Part shown: positions 45,224 to 64,000 of the stretch, piece by piece
Numbering within the stretch: position 1 is the first letter of the stretch
Layout: each line of letters starts with the position of its first letter
DNA from: Leucoraja erinacea
Lineage: Eukaryota
Direction of reading: 5' to 3'
Length of the DNA stretch: 64,000 nucleotides
Assembly (NCBI RefSeq): GCF_028641065.1
Contig: NC_073408.1
Span: forward strand, 7,130,001-7,194,000
The notes under the pieces: generated by a model
Databases searched by the model: none
Told to the model about the DNA's origin: nothing
Seen by the model: only the letters and a program-made list of their open reading frames with translations
Translations under genes and position numbers: made by a program

Positions 45224-46100
45224 GAGACACAAAATGCTGGAGTAACTCAGTGGGACAGACAGCATCTCTGGAGAGAAGGAATGGGTGCTGATTTGGGTCG
45301 AGACCCTTGTTCAGACTAGTTATGGATAAGGGAAAAGAGAGATATAGACTGTGATGTAATTAAAGTGAAGGGCGAGATGTGATGTGATTAAAGTGAAGGG
45401 AGGGATGTGATGTATTTGTAATGTACTATCATTGAATGTATCAGAATAGAATTTGTGATGTATATGCAATGTAAATGCCAGTGCCCATTGAGGTCAAAAG
45501 CAGAAGCTGGTAAATGTACCTGTGCCTCGTGACTGAGGTCAAGTGACCTTCTGGAAGTTTCTGTCATTGCAGATTAAACTTTTCTTACAAGATGTCGGAC
45601 ATGTATTCATTGTGCTAGTCACAAGGTCTTAAGGAAGACATTACATAGACGGTGATGTGAAGAGATGAAGAGTACAATGAATGAAAGATTTGGAAAAAAG
45701 TAATGATGATAAACAGGCCATTGTAAGCTGTTTGGAAGGTTGAAAATGAGAAGCTGGTGTGACATGGGTTGGGGAAGGATTGAGAGGGAATGCCGGGGCT
45801 ATCTGAAGTAAGATAAATCAAAATTCATACCACTGGGCTGGAAACTGCCCAGGCAAAATTAGATGCCGTACCTCCAATTTGCGTTTAGCCTCACTCTGAC
45901 AATGGAGGAGACCGAGGCCAGAAAGGTCTGTGTAGGAATTGGATGGAGAATTAGTGTCCAGCAACCGGGAGATCAGGTTGCTTCACGCAGAACGATCGCC
46001 CAGTCTGCGTTTGGTCTCGCCGATATACGAGTCCACATCTTGAACAGATAAGAGCAGATGAGGTTGGAGGAGGTGCAAGTGAACCTCTGCCTAACCTGAA
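45224..46100 (-). mobile_element. Penelope-like element fragment (GIY-YIG endonuclease end plus terminal repeat)
   Basis: Minus-strand remnants QVRQRFTCTSSNL..YIGETKRRLGDR; terminal repeat with a decayed CTGAxxA-GGGTCTCGACCC-xAAA motif at 45286-45318. Confidence 0.75.
45350..45622 (+). mobile_element. Probable solo LTR inserted into a Penelope element
   Basis: TGTGA...TCACA termini; ATTAAA ~45573; interrupts Penelope sequence that resumes after it. Confidence 0.55.
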
Positions 46101-48861
46101 TACTGATCATTCAAATAATCCAAAAAGTGAAAACATAAACTAGTCCATCGTACACAGGTGTTATCTGCTGCTAATGTCCTGCTTAAATACGTTACTATCC
46201 ATCTCTGCTGCATTGTAAAATCTTGAAAGAACATCCGAAAAGTAAACCCAGTCGAAAGAGATGATTAAAGTTGAAATATGGATAATTCCTAAAATTGGTT
46301 TAGACAACCCATTTGCTAATCTGTACTTTTTTTTAATCCACATACCTGCCAGATTTTGTCCATGGAGTTAAATGGTCTTATGGGACAATCAGTTATTGTT
46401 CTCTATGTGTATCAAACTCATCAATCCTCCTTTTGGTTTGTTAGTGAATGGCAAAGGCAGGATTAGTAGTGAAAAACACTTTCCCGGCCTAAATGTGGAT
46501 GTTCTTCCTGTAGTTATGGGCATCATATTTTCCTATCCATGTGTTACTAATGAAATAACTTTTTATTAAAGTGATTCATAGTTTAGTTAATGATTGTTAC
46601 GTGTACCGAGGTAGTCAAATAAAAGACCACACAGGATTACAATCAAGCCATCCAGTGGACAGATAAAGGGTACAATATTTAGTGCAATAGACACTAAATA
46701 TAATAAACACACAGTGCTGGAGCAACTCTGGCCAGGCAGCACCTCTGGAGAACAGGTGATGTTTTGGGTCAGAACCCTTCTTCGGAACTCATTTTCTGTA
46801 TCTTATTGCATACACACCTTTCTATTTGATAGCACTGTTTGTTTTTTCTGCTGCTTGTGGCAGAAGCATGACTTGTAGTTTAGTTTACAATTCTCAAGGA
46901 ACAGTAAAAACAGGTGACGGTAAGATTAAGTGGGCCAAAGTGCTGCTTAGCTTCATGTACAATCGTCTTAATTTAACAAAATAATCCTTTCCGTTATCCA
47001 TTTACAACATAGATCTCTAATTTTATAGCTGGAAAAATTAAATTCAGTTAATTTGTAATGTATGTAATGGTGGTCATGAAATTAATGGATTGTTCCAAGC
47101 CCCATCGTCTTGAACATAACATTTTTGAAGGAGATATGCTATACTCAATCTGCTTAACTGAAATGTGACTCCTGCAGGTTCAAAATACTTTAGGTCATTA
47201 TTAATTTAGGGAAGGAAATGATAGTCGTTAACCAGTCTGTCCAATATGTGACTCCTGTAGCAATTGTTTGATTCGCTGAAATGATATAGGAAGTATCTTC
47301 GCTGCAGAACACACAATAAGTCCCAGAGACTGTAATTTTATTTATTTCTCTAATAGCTCAGAGTGGTGGATACTAGTAACCTTGTCAAAGACAGAGACAA
47401 TTATTGAGAGAGCAGATTGCATCATGATTTAATATTTGCACCTCTAAATATTTTTCTTGATTCCATTTTTGGAGACGTATAAAAAAACGTGCTAACATGA
47501 ATCAGGGAAGCATTGAAGGTTTTCTTGAGAAATATAATTAAAACTTAGTAAAGTGGCAAAAACACTTAAATGTGTGGATAAAAGAGTGCATTTAGTTGCC
47601 AATTATGTAAGCATAGTCTTAGCATACTCACATTGGTCACTAAACGAGGTAGCACAAATTAGACAGCACATAACGAACCAAAGATTTGATTTATCTTTTG
47701 TTCAGAATATTACTATAGAAGGGGGGTATATTTTTGCAGCTTTAAACAGCCAATAATTGTTTGTGATTCCGGTTAAGATTTTTTCACCTAACGCTGAGAC
47801 ATGTTCAGATTATTTATTACGAACATTTGCCTTACTTCAATGGGACAATGGGAACGTAACACTTGGGTTGGTGAGATAAAGAGCAGCAAAGGCACAAATT
47901 GAAAAATTATTTCTGCAAACTGATTGAAACATGGAACATTTGAAAAATAAATCACTGGTAAAACAGGCACCTGGCCTGTCGGGCCACACAATAGTGCCAA
48001 CTAAATGAATCATTTTGGGAAAATACTGAATTCTGCAAGAGAATAGTAAATATGTTTTTTAATATTTGACTTTAACATTTCAACCTTAAATAGATCAGTC
48101 ATGTAATTGTACGGTTAAACAGTAATTTGGCATATTCATATGGAATCAATTTGTGCCATAGCATTTTTATTTTAATTGGAAAAGGATCATGGTGTAATCC
48201 TTTAAACCAACTAAGGGTCAAAGCTGTCCTTTTCGGTAGAGGGCCACAACTTGAAAAAGAGAGGATGATAAGAGGCTGTGTAGGGCTAACCCATTGCTGA
48301 AAATACTACTAAAGCAGTTTTAAACTCAAAAGTAGTTACTCAATCCAAATTTTAACCACCCTCATAAAACTTAAGGGACGAGGTTAATGAAAAAGCACAA
48401 GAAGATTTTAAAATCTTGAAAATGATTTCAAATATCCAGAGATCTAAATTTTCTAGTTTGCCACTTTTAAATTCAACCTTTAATGCAACTAATCAAATAA
48501 CAGAAATATTGATTATTGTGCAAAATGACTAGTAACATGAAAATAGCACAAATAGTAAACATGAATGCTCAAATTAGAGAATTAGAACTAGAAAAGTTGA
48601 GACTCGGAAGCTGCAATGTGTCTAATCAGAAGACAATACTCAAGCTTCATTCAGAACTGTACAACATATTAGACCTCATTACCAAGTGGATAGATTTAAA
48701 ATAGTATTTGCAATCTACCAAGAAAACAATGTAACATTCTGAACTAGAATTTATTTAGCCAGATGTTCACGTCTCTATAAACTTAACACATTTAACACCA
48801 ATAATGGGGGGTTTGCATTATTACAGTACACAGTAACAGCCAGATTAGTGATGCATATGTT

Positions 48862-57035
<8,174 letters not shown>

Positions 57036-58559
57036 TCTGCCTGCAAAATGAATCGAGTGGGTTTAGTTTTAAAATAGGTATCAACATAGAAGTAAACAAG
57101 CTTTATTCATTTCCAACATGATTGTTTGCAATCTAATTGTCCTTGATAAAAGTGGCAAACTCCTTGCTTTGATCTGTGGTTCTTCTGGTAAAGTACACCT
57201 TCGTGATGGCTGGGTAGCGTTTCAGGTTATAGATCGAGTGATAAGACAAACTATTATAAAACAAAATGATATGCAACTTGGGAAGGCATTCTGCAATTGT
57301 TATCTTGTTCTTCTAGGTGGTAAAAACTGCAAATTGCAGTGTTGTCAAAAGTGATCATGACAAGTAACTGCAGCACATTTTATGGGTGTTATCAGCGGCC
57401 ATTGCATTGATGAAATAGATACTGTCATTACCGTACATTTGCATATTTTAATAATTCTCAATGCCAAGCAATAAAAGTTGCCGGAATATAAAGTTAAGAT
57501 GGTACCAAAACAGTGATTGGCACAATTTTGATAGACAAGTAACAGAAAGCTGAACTATGACAGAAATAAAATTGAAATCCCACCAGCAGCTATGTCCAGT
57601 AACCTGAGCAGCCCTTCCAGGTGAGACAGGCAGAGATTCTCTTCCAATCTGGTCTACTGCAATTAATGCAGATGGCGAAACCTAGCACAGAACAGGAAGT
57701 CCACCTAATTTTCTCCTCCTTCTGTTCAATCATCTCTCCCAACCTGTTCCCCAATTGCCCTTCATTCCTCTCCCCACCCCACTTGTGTCCACCTATCAAT
57801 TGCCAGGCTATGCCTTACACCACCACCCCCCCTCGAAATCTGAAGTACGGTTCAACACAGAATATATTTGTCTATTCCCTTCGCAAATGCTGGCTGACAC
57901 ACTGAGTTCCTCCTGCACTTCGTTGTTTTTTTTATCAGGAGTGAACCATCTGAGCCACCTGCCATCCATACCCAACATTTTCCATGACCTGCATGAGATG
58001 GGCATTGGACAACACTGAACGGATGGCCAACCTACCTGAAGGACAGATCCCACGTCAGTTTATATCAGATTAAACTGCAGCACTGGGTAACTGGAACCAA
58101 AGATACTAGAGGAGAGCTCCTCTAGTGTCTTTGACTGGAACAGCTCTATCCATCCCCAATGGCGACCCAAATACATCTGAGAACCGAGGGGATGAGTCAT
58201 TTGAACAACAACACATTCTTTAACAAATAAAAACACCTAGGGTGCAAGGCAGCTTTGTGGTAGTTATGGGCAACAATTAACGAAAAGGCTTATGCTGTGA
58301 GGTGCCCTAAATACTGCTTGATCCCATTAACTGAAGCTTAGAGGTCGACGGCTGACGGAAAGACGCTGCTTAAACGCCCGGGATGGTGGTGCAGCCAGGC
58401 GATGGGTGGGAGACCGACGGGCGCCTTCACTCCCCTGTCCATCTCAAACACAAACGACGGCTAGGGGGGAATTATCCGCAACAAGGACACCTCGGGGTGC
58501 GTAGTCCCGGTGATGAGTCAGCCCAGCTCCCCCGTCATAAACTGTTCGCAGGCGCAGGG

Positions 58560-58900
58560 AGTCAGTGATGGAAACGGAAGCGTCAGTGATGGGGTCGAGG
58601 GAGTGTCAGTAATGGGGAAAGGGTCAGTGATGGGAGACACGGGAGTCAATGGTGGATAAAGGATGGGATCAGTGATGGAGACACGGGAGTCAATGATGGA
58701 GGCAGTGATGGGAATACAGGGGGAGGGTCAGCGTTGGAGGTCAGTGACGGAGAAGGGACGTGGCAGTGATGGAGACACGGGAGTCAATGATGGAGGCAGT
58801 GATGGGAACACGGGGGGGGGAGGGGAGGGTCAGCGACGGGGACACGTTGGAGGTCAAGGATGGAGAAGGGACGTGTCAATGATGGGGACACGGGGTGATG
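58560..58900 (+). repeat. G-rich degenerate tandem repeat in intron 1 of hsc70 copy B
   Basis: Recurrent CAGTGATGG(G)AGACACGGGAGTCAATG units. Confidence 0.75.
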
Positions 58901-58934
58901 GCGACGCTCCGGGCATCAGCGGGCCGGTACTCAC

Positions 58935-59230
58935 TCCCTGCTCACTTCAGCAGCACCGCCGATGATGTCCCAGCGTGTACGTCTCGCCGCTCTCAAGGTG
59001 CGCAACCTAACCGGCCGCCAGAAGATTCTGGAAAGGACCGGCACCTCCCGGCCAATCAGATGCGCGTCCGCCGAGTGCTCGTCACTCCGCTCCGCCCCAC
59101 TGGCGGGCGGGCAGCCAATGGGAGCGCGGCCGGTCGCCGTCGGCAGGAGGGGCGGTTGGCGGCGCGCGGACCGGCGATGGAAGCGTCTGGAAGGAGCTGG
59201 AACTTTCCCAATGGCGGCGGGCGGAGAGCG
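58935..59230 (-). promoter_or_regulatory. CpG-island promoter and non-coding exon 1 of hsc70 copy B
   Basis: Donor |GTGAGTACC with exon end at 58935; exon 2 acceptor at 57040; perfect HSE aGAAg aTTCt gGAAa 59020-59034; CCAAT at ~59053 and ~59115; GC boxes; second gapped HSE array 59179-59208; no canonical TATA. Confidence 0.8.
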
Positions 59231-59369
59231 AGTGAGTCTCACAGGTTAACAGGGAGAGATGTCTAAACATTCTCGCAGGGCGAGATCTCACAGGGAGAGA
59301 TGTCTAAAACATAAAACTCGCTCCCGCACCGATTCCCATCGAATTCGCCTGCAGGCCATTGCCCGCTAA

Positions 59370-59850
59370 CAAATCCATATCAAATTATCACATATCAGTA
59401 TCAAACCAATAAAAAAAAGAATATGATATTAAATTAACAATACATCAGTAACAAATCTATCAAACCAATAAATCAATTATATAAACTAATTGTATCAAAT
59501 CAATAATATATCAATATGATATGAATAAGTTTATTGGCTAAGTATGTACACATACAAGGAATTTGCCCTGGTGCTCCGCTTGCAAGTAACAATACGACAT
59601 ACAGAAATAATTAAGAATGACACATAAAACATTAAACATCAAACATAATAAATCAGTATCGAATAATAAATCACTATCAAATCAATAAATAAAATCTATG
59701 ATATAAACTAATTATGTATCAAATTAATAACAAATCAATATCAAACTAATAAATTCAAGATCAGTATTGTTAATATCAAATCAATAAATCAAATTAATAA
59801 TGCCTCAGTATCAAATCAATATCAAATTAATAAGCCAATAAATCAATCGC
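59370..59850 (+). repeat. A-rich low-complexity repeat upstream of hsc70 copy B
   Basis: Recurrent ATATCAAA(T/C)CAATAAATC units, interrupted by a LINE-tail fragment at ~59525-59640. Confidence 0.7.
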
Positions 59851-61479
59851 ACTGAAACAAAATTATTCCATAAATGCTTTCACCCGCAATATAAATTCTA
59901 CACATGCTTGATATATTTGTTGGAATGTTGCTTCAAATGTCTTGAATTTATTTTAAAAACAAAAACATCTTGTTCCTTTTTTTGGATTTCACAACAATCT
60001 TGCACAATTCTGCTGTTTTGCACTTGTCATTCTGTTTATTGTATTTATCATCACATTAGCAGGTGACACTTGAAAGGAACTTGAAAGACACTTGGGCAGG
60101 TATGTGCATAGAAAAGGTTTAGAGGGATATGGGACAAATGCGGGCAAATGAGAATGGGGTAGACGGGACACCTTAGTCGGCTCGGGCGATTTGGGGCAAA
60201 GGGCATGTTTCCGTGCTGTTTGAAACTAGGTATACTGTATGCTCTGCAAGCGTTATGTGAACCAGGACTTTCAGTCCACCCAGGTGTATGTGACAATAAC
60301 CTTATCTGGTGCCCTGATCTTTGGGGAGAGTTTCGAAATTGACCGAAGAGATCTGCTCTCGTTGCCAGACCGGGCACAGCTCAAGGTGATCCCTATTTCT
60401 GGCTGCTTATCCCATTAACGGGATGAGTGTGGGATTACTTTGGCCACGCAGCGTCAGCCTGTACAATGCGATTAAGTGTGAAGCCAGTGTTCAATCCTGC
60501 TTGTAGTCTCCAGCAAACATACCGTTCCTTAGAATAAACTGCATGAATTTGAAGATTCAAAATTAACTTTATTTAAAGTAAAACACAATACATAATAAAA
60601 GTGAAAAACATTTAATACATTCTTAGTATGTACAAACAGTGTTGCAGATGTTAGTTAATACACAAAATGGCGCAAGATGGGTCGCGACTCAAAATGTTAC
60701 ATATTGAGTCTGAAAAAGGGTCTCGACCCAAAATATCACCTATCTAAGTTCTTCAGAGATGCTGCCTGACCTGCTGAATTACTCTGGAACTTTGTGTCTT
60801 TTTTAATACATTCTTAGTGTTGGTCTCATGTGTTTTTTTTTAATACATGGTTGATTTAACACATCTCTGTTTTTTACGTACCACCATGTGACACATACGG
60901 CTTCCTGTGGCGACACCCCTTTTGTTTGAGATATTTACCCACCGTACTCAGCCCCTCAATGCAGCAAAGTGATGCACAAGCAGGCCACTGAGTCTATGTG
61001 CTTGTGATGCTGCTGCAATCAAGATTTTCATTGTACCAGTATCTTGTGCATATGACCGTAAACTCGACTTGAATGCATGCAATGACAGGGGAATGTGGGT
61101 ATCCTTTAAACAAGTCTTCTGTCCATGAGGAGTAAATCACTCCTACTTCCTTTACCTCGGGTATGCAGACAAGCATCTGCTGCCTGTGCCTGGCTGTGAT
61201 GTCATGACGGACTTGCAGATGCCAGTAAGCAGAACAAAATGTCTCTATAGACACAGCTCTGCAGTTTTATTGAAAGCTACAGGCCAAGATTTGGAAAAAG
61301 AAAGTTAATGTGCATAAGCATTTAATAGTTGGTGCAATCACCATGGGTGAATGGGCATGTTTTCATATTGTATGACTGCAAATCCTTGACGTAACAGCTG
61401 ATCACAGCCAATCTCAATGCCATTCAATGTCCTTGTAAAATAATTGTATGTACTTTGAGTGAAAGTTTCTTTACATCCT

Positions 61480-62176
61480 TGAGTCTTTGTTCGATTGTTC
61501 AAAACCTAGAACCAGAGAACTGACAGTGAACTGTTTCTTAAGCGAGAAGAGATGGATCAATGAACTAAAATCTCTCTGTAAGCCAGACAAAGAATGGCCA
61601 AAGCTTGAGCTGGGATTTGAAATCTCTGCTAATGATCCGGACATTAAATCAAACCTAACGGTGAACTTTATTGCTAAAGATCCTGTTATTCTTCTGAAGG
61701 ATTTGCACACTTCAACATTGCTGTTACCACACATTGATGAGTTGATCGGACATGGAGGAAGACGTTTCATGCTATCAAAGCTCTGGACTATTATGTTTTG
61801 AACTATATATTGAACATCATAAAATGCCTGATTTTAAGGGTTTGGTGCACACGGTACGATTTTGAACTAAAAACAGTGTTTTAGTATGATTAATAACCTA
61901 GTTAGGCTTGCTTCTAGAAGGCGAAAGTGAAGATGGAAGAGTTGATGAAGCATTCTGATTGCGGATATATAGTGCATGCATTTTTTTCCTTGTTGGTATA
62001 GTGTTTAATATCCCCGCCTGTCACACGGTAGACTGGGGTTCAATTTCCCGACGAGGAGCCATGGGTTCAATTCCCTGACCTTTTGCTTTTTGATATATGT
62101 TAAGCCTTCATGGCTACTTTTTTGATGTTTATTAGTAATTGCCTCGTTATATACTCGGAACAATTATGGGCCGGTA
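61480..62176 (+). mobile_element. BEL/Pao LTR retrotransposon internal relic (deleted pol, 3' UTR, PPT)
   Basis: ORF 61487-61801 has KPDKEWP..ISANDPDIK and PVILLKDLHTSTLLLPHIDELIGHGGRRFMLSKL, which are BEL pol motifs. Broken C-terminal KGLVHTVR..TKNSVL..LLLEGE at ~61835-61930. PPT-like CAATTATGGGCCGGTA directly before TGT at 62177. Confidence 0.72.
61987..62061 (+). pseudogene. tRNA-Asp(GTC) pseudogene followed by genomic CCA
   Basis: TCCTTGTTGGTATAGTGTTTAATATCCCCGCCTGTCACACGGTAGACTGGGGTTCAATTTCCCGACGAGGAG+CCA resembles vertebrate tRNA-Asp(GTC), with about ten substitutions, including in the D-loop GG and T-arm. Confidence 0.8.
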
Positions 62177-62774
62177 TGTAGTGTCCATTTGGCTTGTTTT
62201 GCATGTCATTGATGATGGCATGTGCCTTTAAATTTTAGACTACCCGTTATATTGTAGGTGGGATTTATGACTTATTTTTGGGCGTGTTTTGGGCTATGTA
62301 GCTCGAGCAGAAGTCAAGTCAAGTCACTTTTATTTCTATAGCACATTTAAAAAACAACTCTCGTTGACCAAAGTACTTTCCATTGGTGGAGTTTAGTTTG
62401 GTCTAGTTTAGTTTAGTTTTTAGTGTAATTTGGAGAGACCATGGAGAAGGTTTACCCTTCGACCATGCGAGGTGTAAAGGAGATCATGCGAAGTGTAACG
62501 GAGACACGAGGAGTTTTCTAAAGTTTAAAGTAATAAGCTGGAGTTCGATGACGATTATAGTAACGAGTCGGAAGAAGTTTGGATGTAATTTATTGTTGTC
62601 ATCAACAATAAAGAACATTGATCAAAAGACTGTTTTGAAGACTTATCTGTGAAGAAGCTCTGAAGGTCTCTGTGGGTGAGCTTGCATGCGTTTCGAAGAT
62701 ATTCCCCTTAACCATGCTCATCTATTTAGTGGCTAGAGTTAATTTCTCGAATTATATATAAATCGGCCGCTACA
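62177..62774 (+). mobile_element. 3' LTR of the BEL/Pao element, with a short LINE-tail insertion at ~62311-62380
   Basis: Begins TGTAGTGTCC after the PPT and ends GGCCGCTACA (imperfect inverted termini TGTAG..CTACA); internal AATAAA ~62607. Confidence 0.65.
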
Positions 62775-62859
62775 CTCATAAAGGATTGTGATGTTTAGAA
62801 ATTCTGTATCCATGAAAGAGAGTGAATCTTTAATATTGAATCTTTAAGAATGTACAGGA

Positions 62860-63595
62860 AGGGAAAGCCGAGGATCCATGAACCTGTCTTTATTGATGGG
62901 AGGGCGGTTGAAAGAGTTAATAACTTTAAGTTCCTAGGTGTCCATATATTCAAAGATCTGTCCTAGGCCCATCATATTGATGAATTCACGAAGAAAGCTT
63001 ATGCTGCTACTTCCTTAGCAGATTGAGGAAATTCAGTATGTCACCATATGACCCATTGAACTTCAACAGGAGTATGGTGGAGCGCATATGTGCCTGGTTG
63101 GGTAACTCGAATGCCGTGGATTGAAGGAGGTTGCAGAAAGAGGTAGATATTGCTCAGTCCAATGACCTCCACACCATGAAAGGGATCTTCAAAAGGTGAT
63201 GTCTCAAAAAGGAAGCTGATATCAAAGACCCACACCACCCAGGTCAATCTCTCATTTCACAACTACCATCGGGAAGAGGATATTGAACCCTGAGAACTGT
63301 GACCTGCTTTTTTTCCAGCAGTCATCAGACTCTTGAACACTGCACCACACTAACCACAATCCTACATCAACAACTATGATACACTGTGGACTTTGTTTTG
63401 GTTACACTAGAGATTTGGGTTTTGCACTATAATAGTCTGTATACCCATTGTATACTGATTGTTAATGTGTTATATTATTGATCATTGTATACTTATTTGT
63501 TGTGTTATTGTATTAATGGGCCTGTAAAGTTGCAGCCAGTAAGAATGTAACTGTTTTGATGCCTCTACATATGACAATTAAACACTCTTGACTCT
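62860..63595 (+). mobile_element. Decayed LINE 3' part (same type as 55575-56760)
   Basis: IDGRAVERVNNFKFLGVHI..; 3' ATGACAATTAAACACTCTTGACTC. Confidence 0.65.
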
Positions 63596-64000
63596 CTTTT
63601 GTTCAAGGTTGCAATTATCAAACATGTGTAGGTCTGAAAAGGGGTCTCGACCCAAAATGTCACCCATTCCTTCTCTTCAGAGATGCTGTCTGTCCCGCTG
63701 AGTTACTCCAGCATTTTGTGTCTACCTTCGGTATCAAACATGTCATGAGTTTGGAGCTTTCTTTGAAGAGACAAAGCTTATGATCATGCATTCAATTTAT
63801 TTTAATATGCTACTTTGCTCCCAATTGGCAAAATATCAAAATCTCTCCAATACTAGGGCTTAAGGTTTTCTAATTGTTAAGATAGTAAATAAGTGATTTA
63901 TTTAATTATCTTTTGGGAACCAGAATTGGCTGTGAGTCTCTTGTACCATTCAGTTAAGTCATAGCTGATCGGCTTTAACCCCATGTAACCACTTTGCTCA

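Noticed and set aside
61987-62058. Functional tRNA-Asp gene
   Set aside because: Substitutions in the D-loop GG, anticodon stem and T-stem, plus the retroelement context, indicate a pseudogene.

Overview
Intron-rich vertebrate genomic DNA. The repeat set (HE1/V-SINE-type SINEs, CR1 LINEs, Penelope fragments) suggests a cartilaginous fish, probably a skate or ray. Three spliced protein-coding genes lie on the minus strand. The first is a divergent TTC3/DZIP3-family gene with a CpG-island promoter at ~30.5 kb and 23 in-phase coding exons that run off the left edge. The other two are complete tandem HSPA8/hsc70 genes: copy A (CDS 39046->35640, 643 aa) and copy B (57035->48862, 644 aa), each with its own HSE promoter. 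Copy A hosts two U14/SNORD14 snoRNAs (introns 7 and 8); none was seen in copy B. The two hsc70 copies differ by ~18-19% in exons 3, 6 and 8 but only ~4% in exons 5 and 7, pointing to exon-restricted gene conversion. The mobile DNA includes Penelope termini with minimal hammerhead-ribozyme motifs, a Helitron, a BEL/Pao relic holding a CCA-tailed tRNA-Asp copy, a solo LTR with a perfect HSE, and Tc1, Harbinger and Tigger-like elements. All assignments were read by eye; no database search was run.
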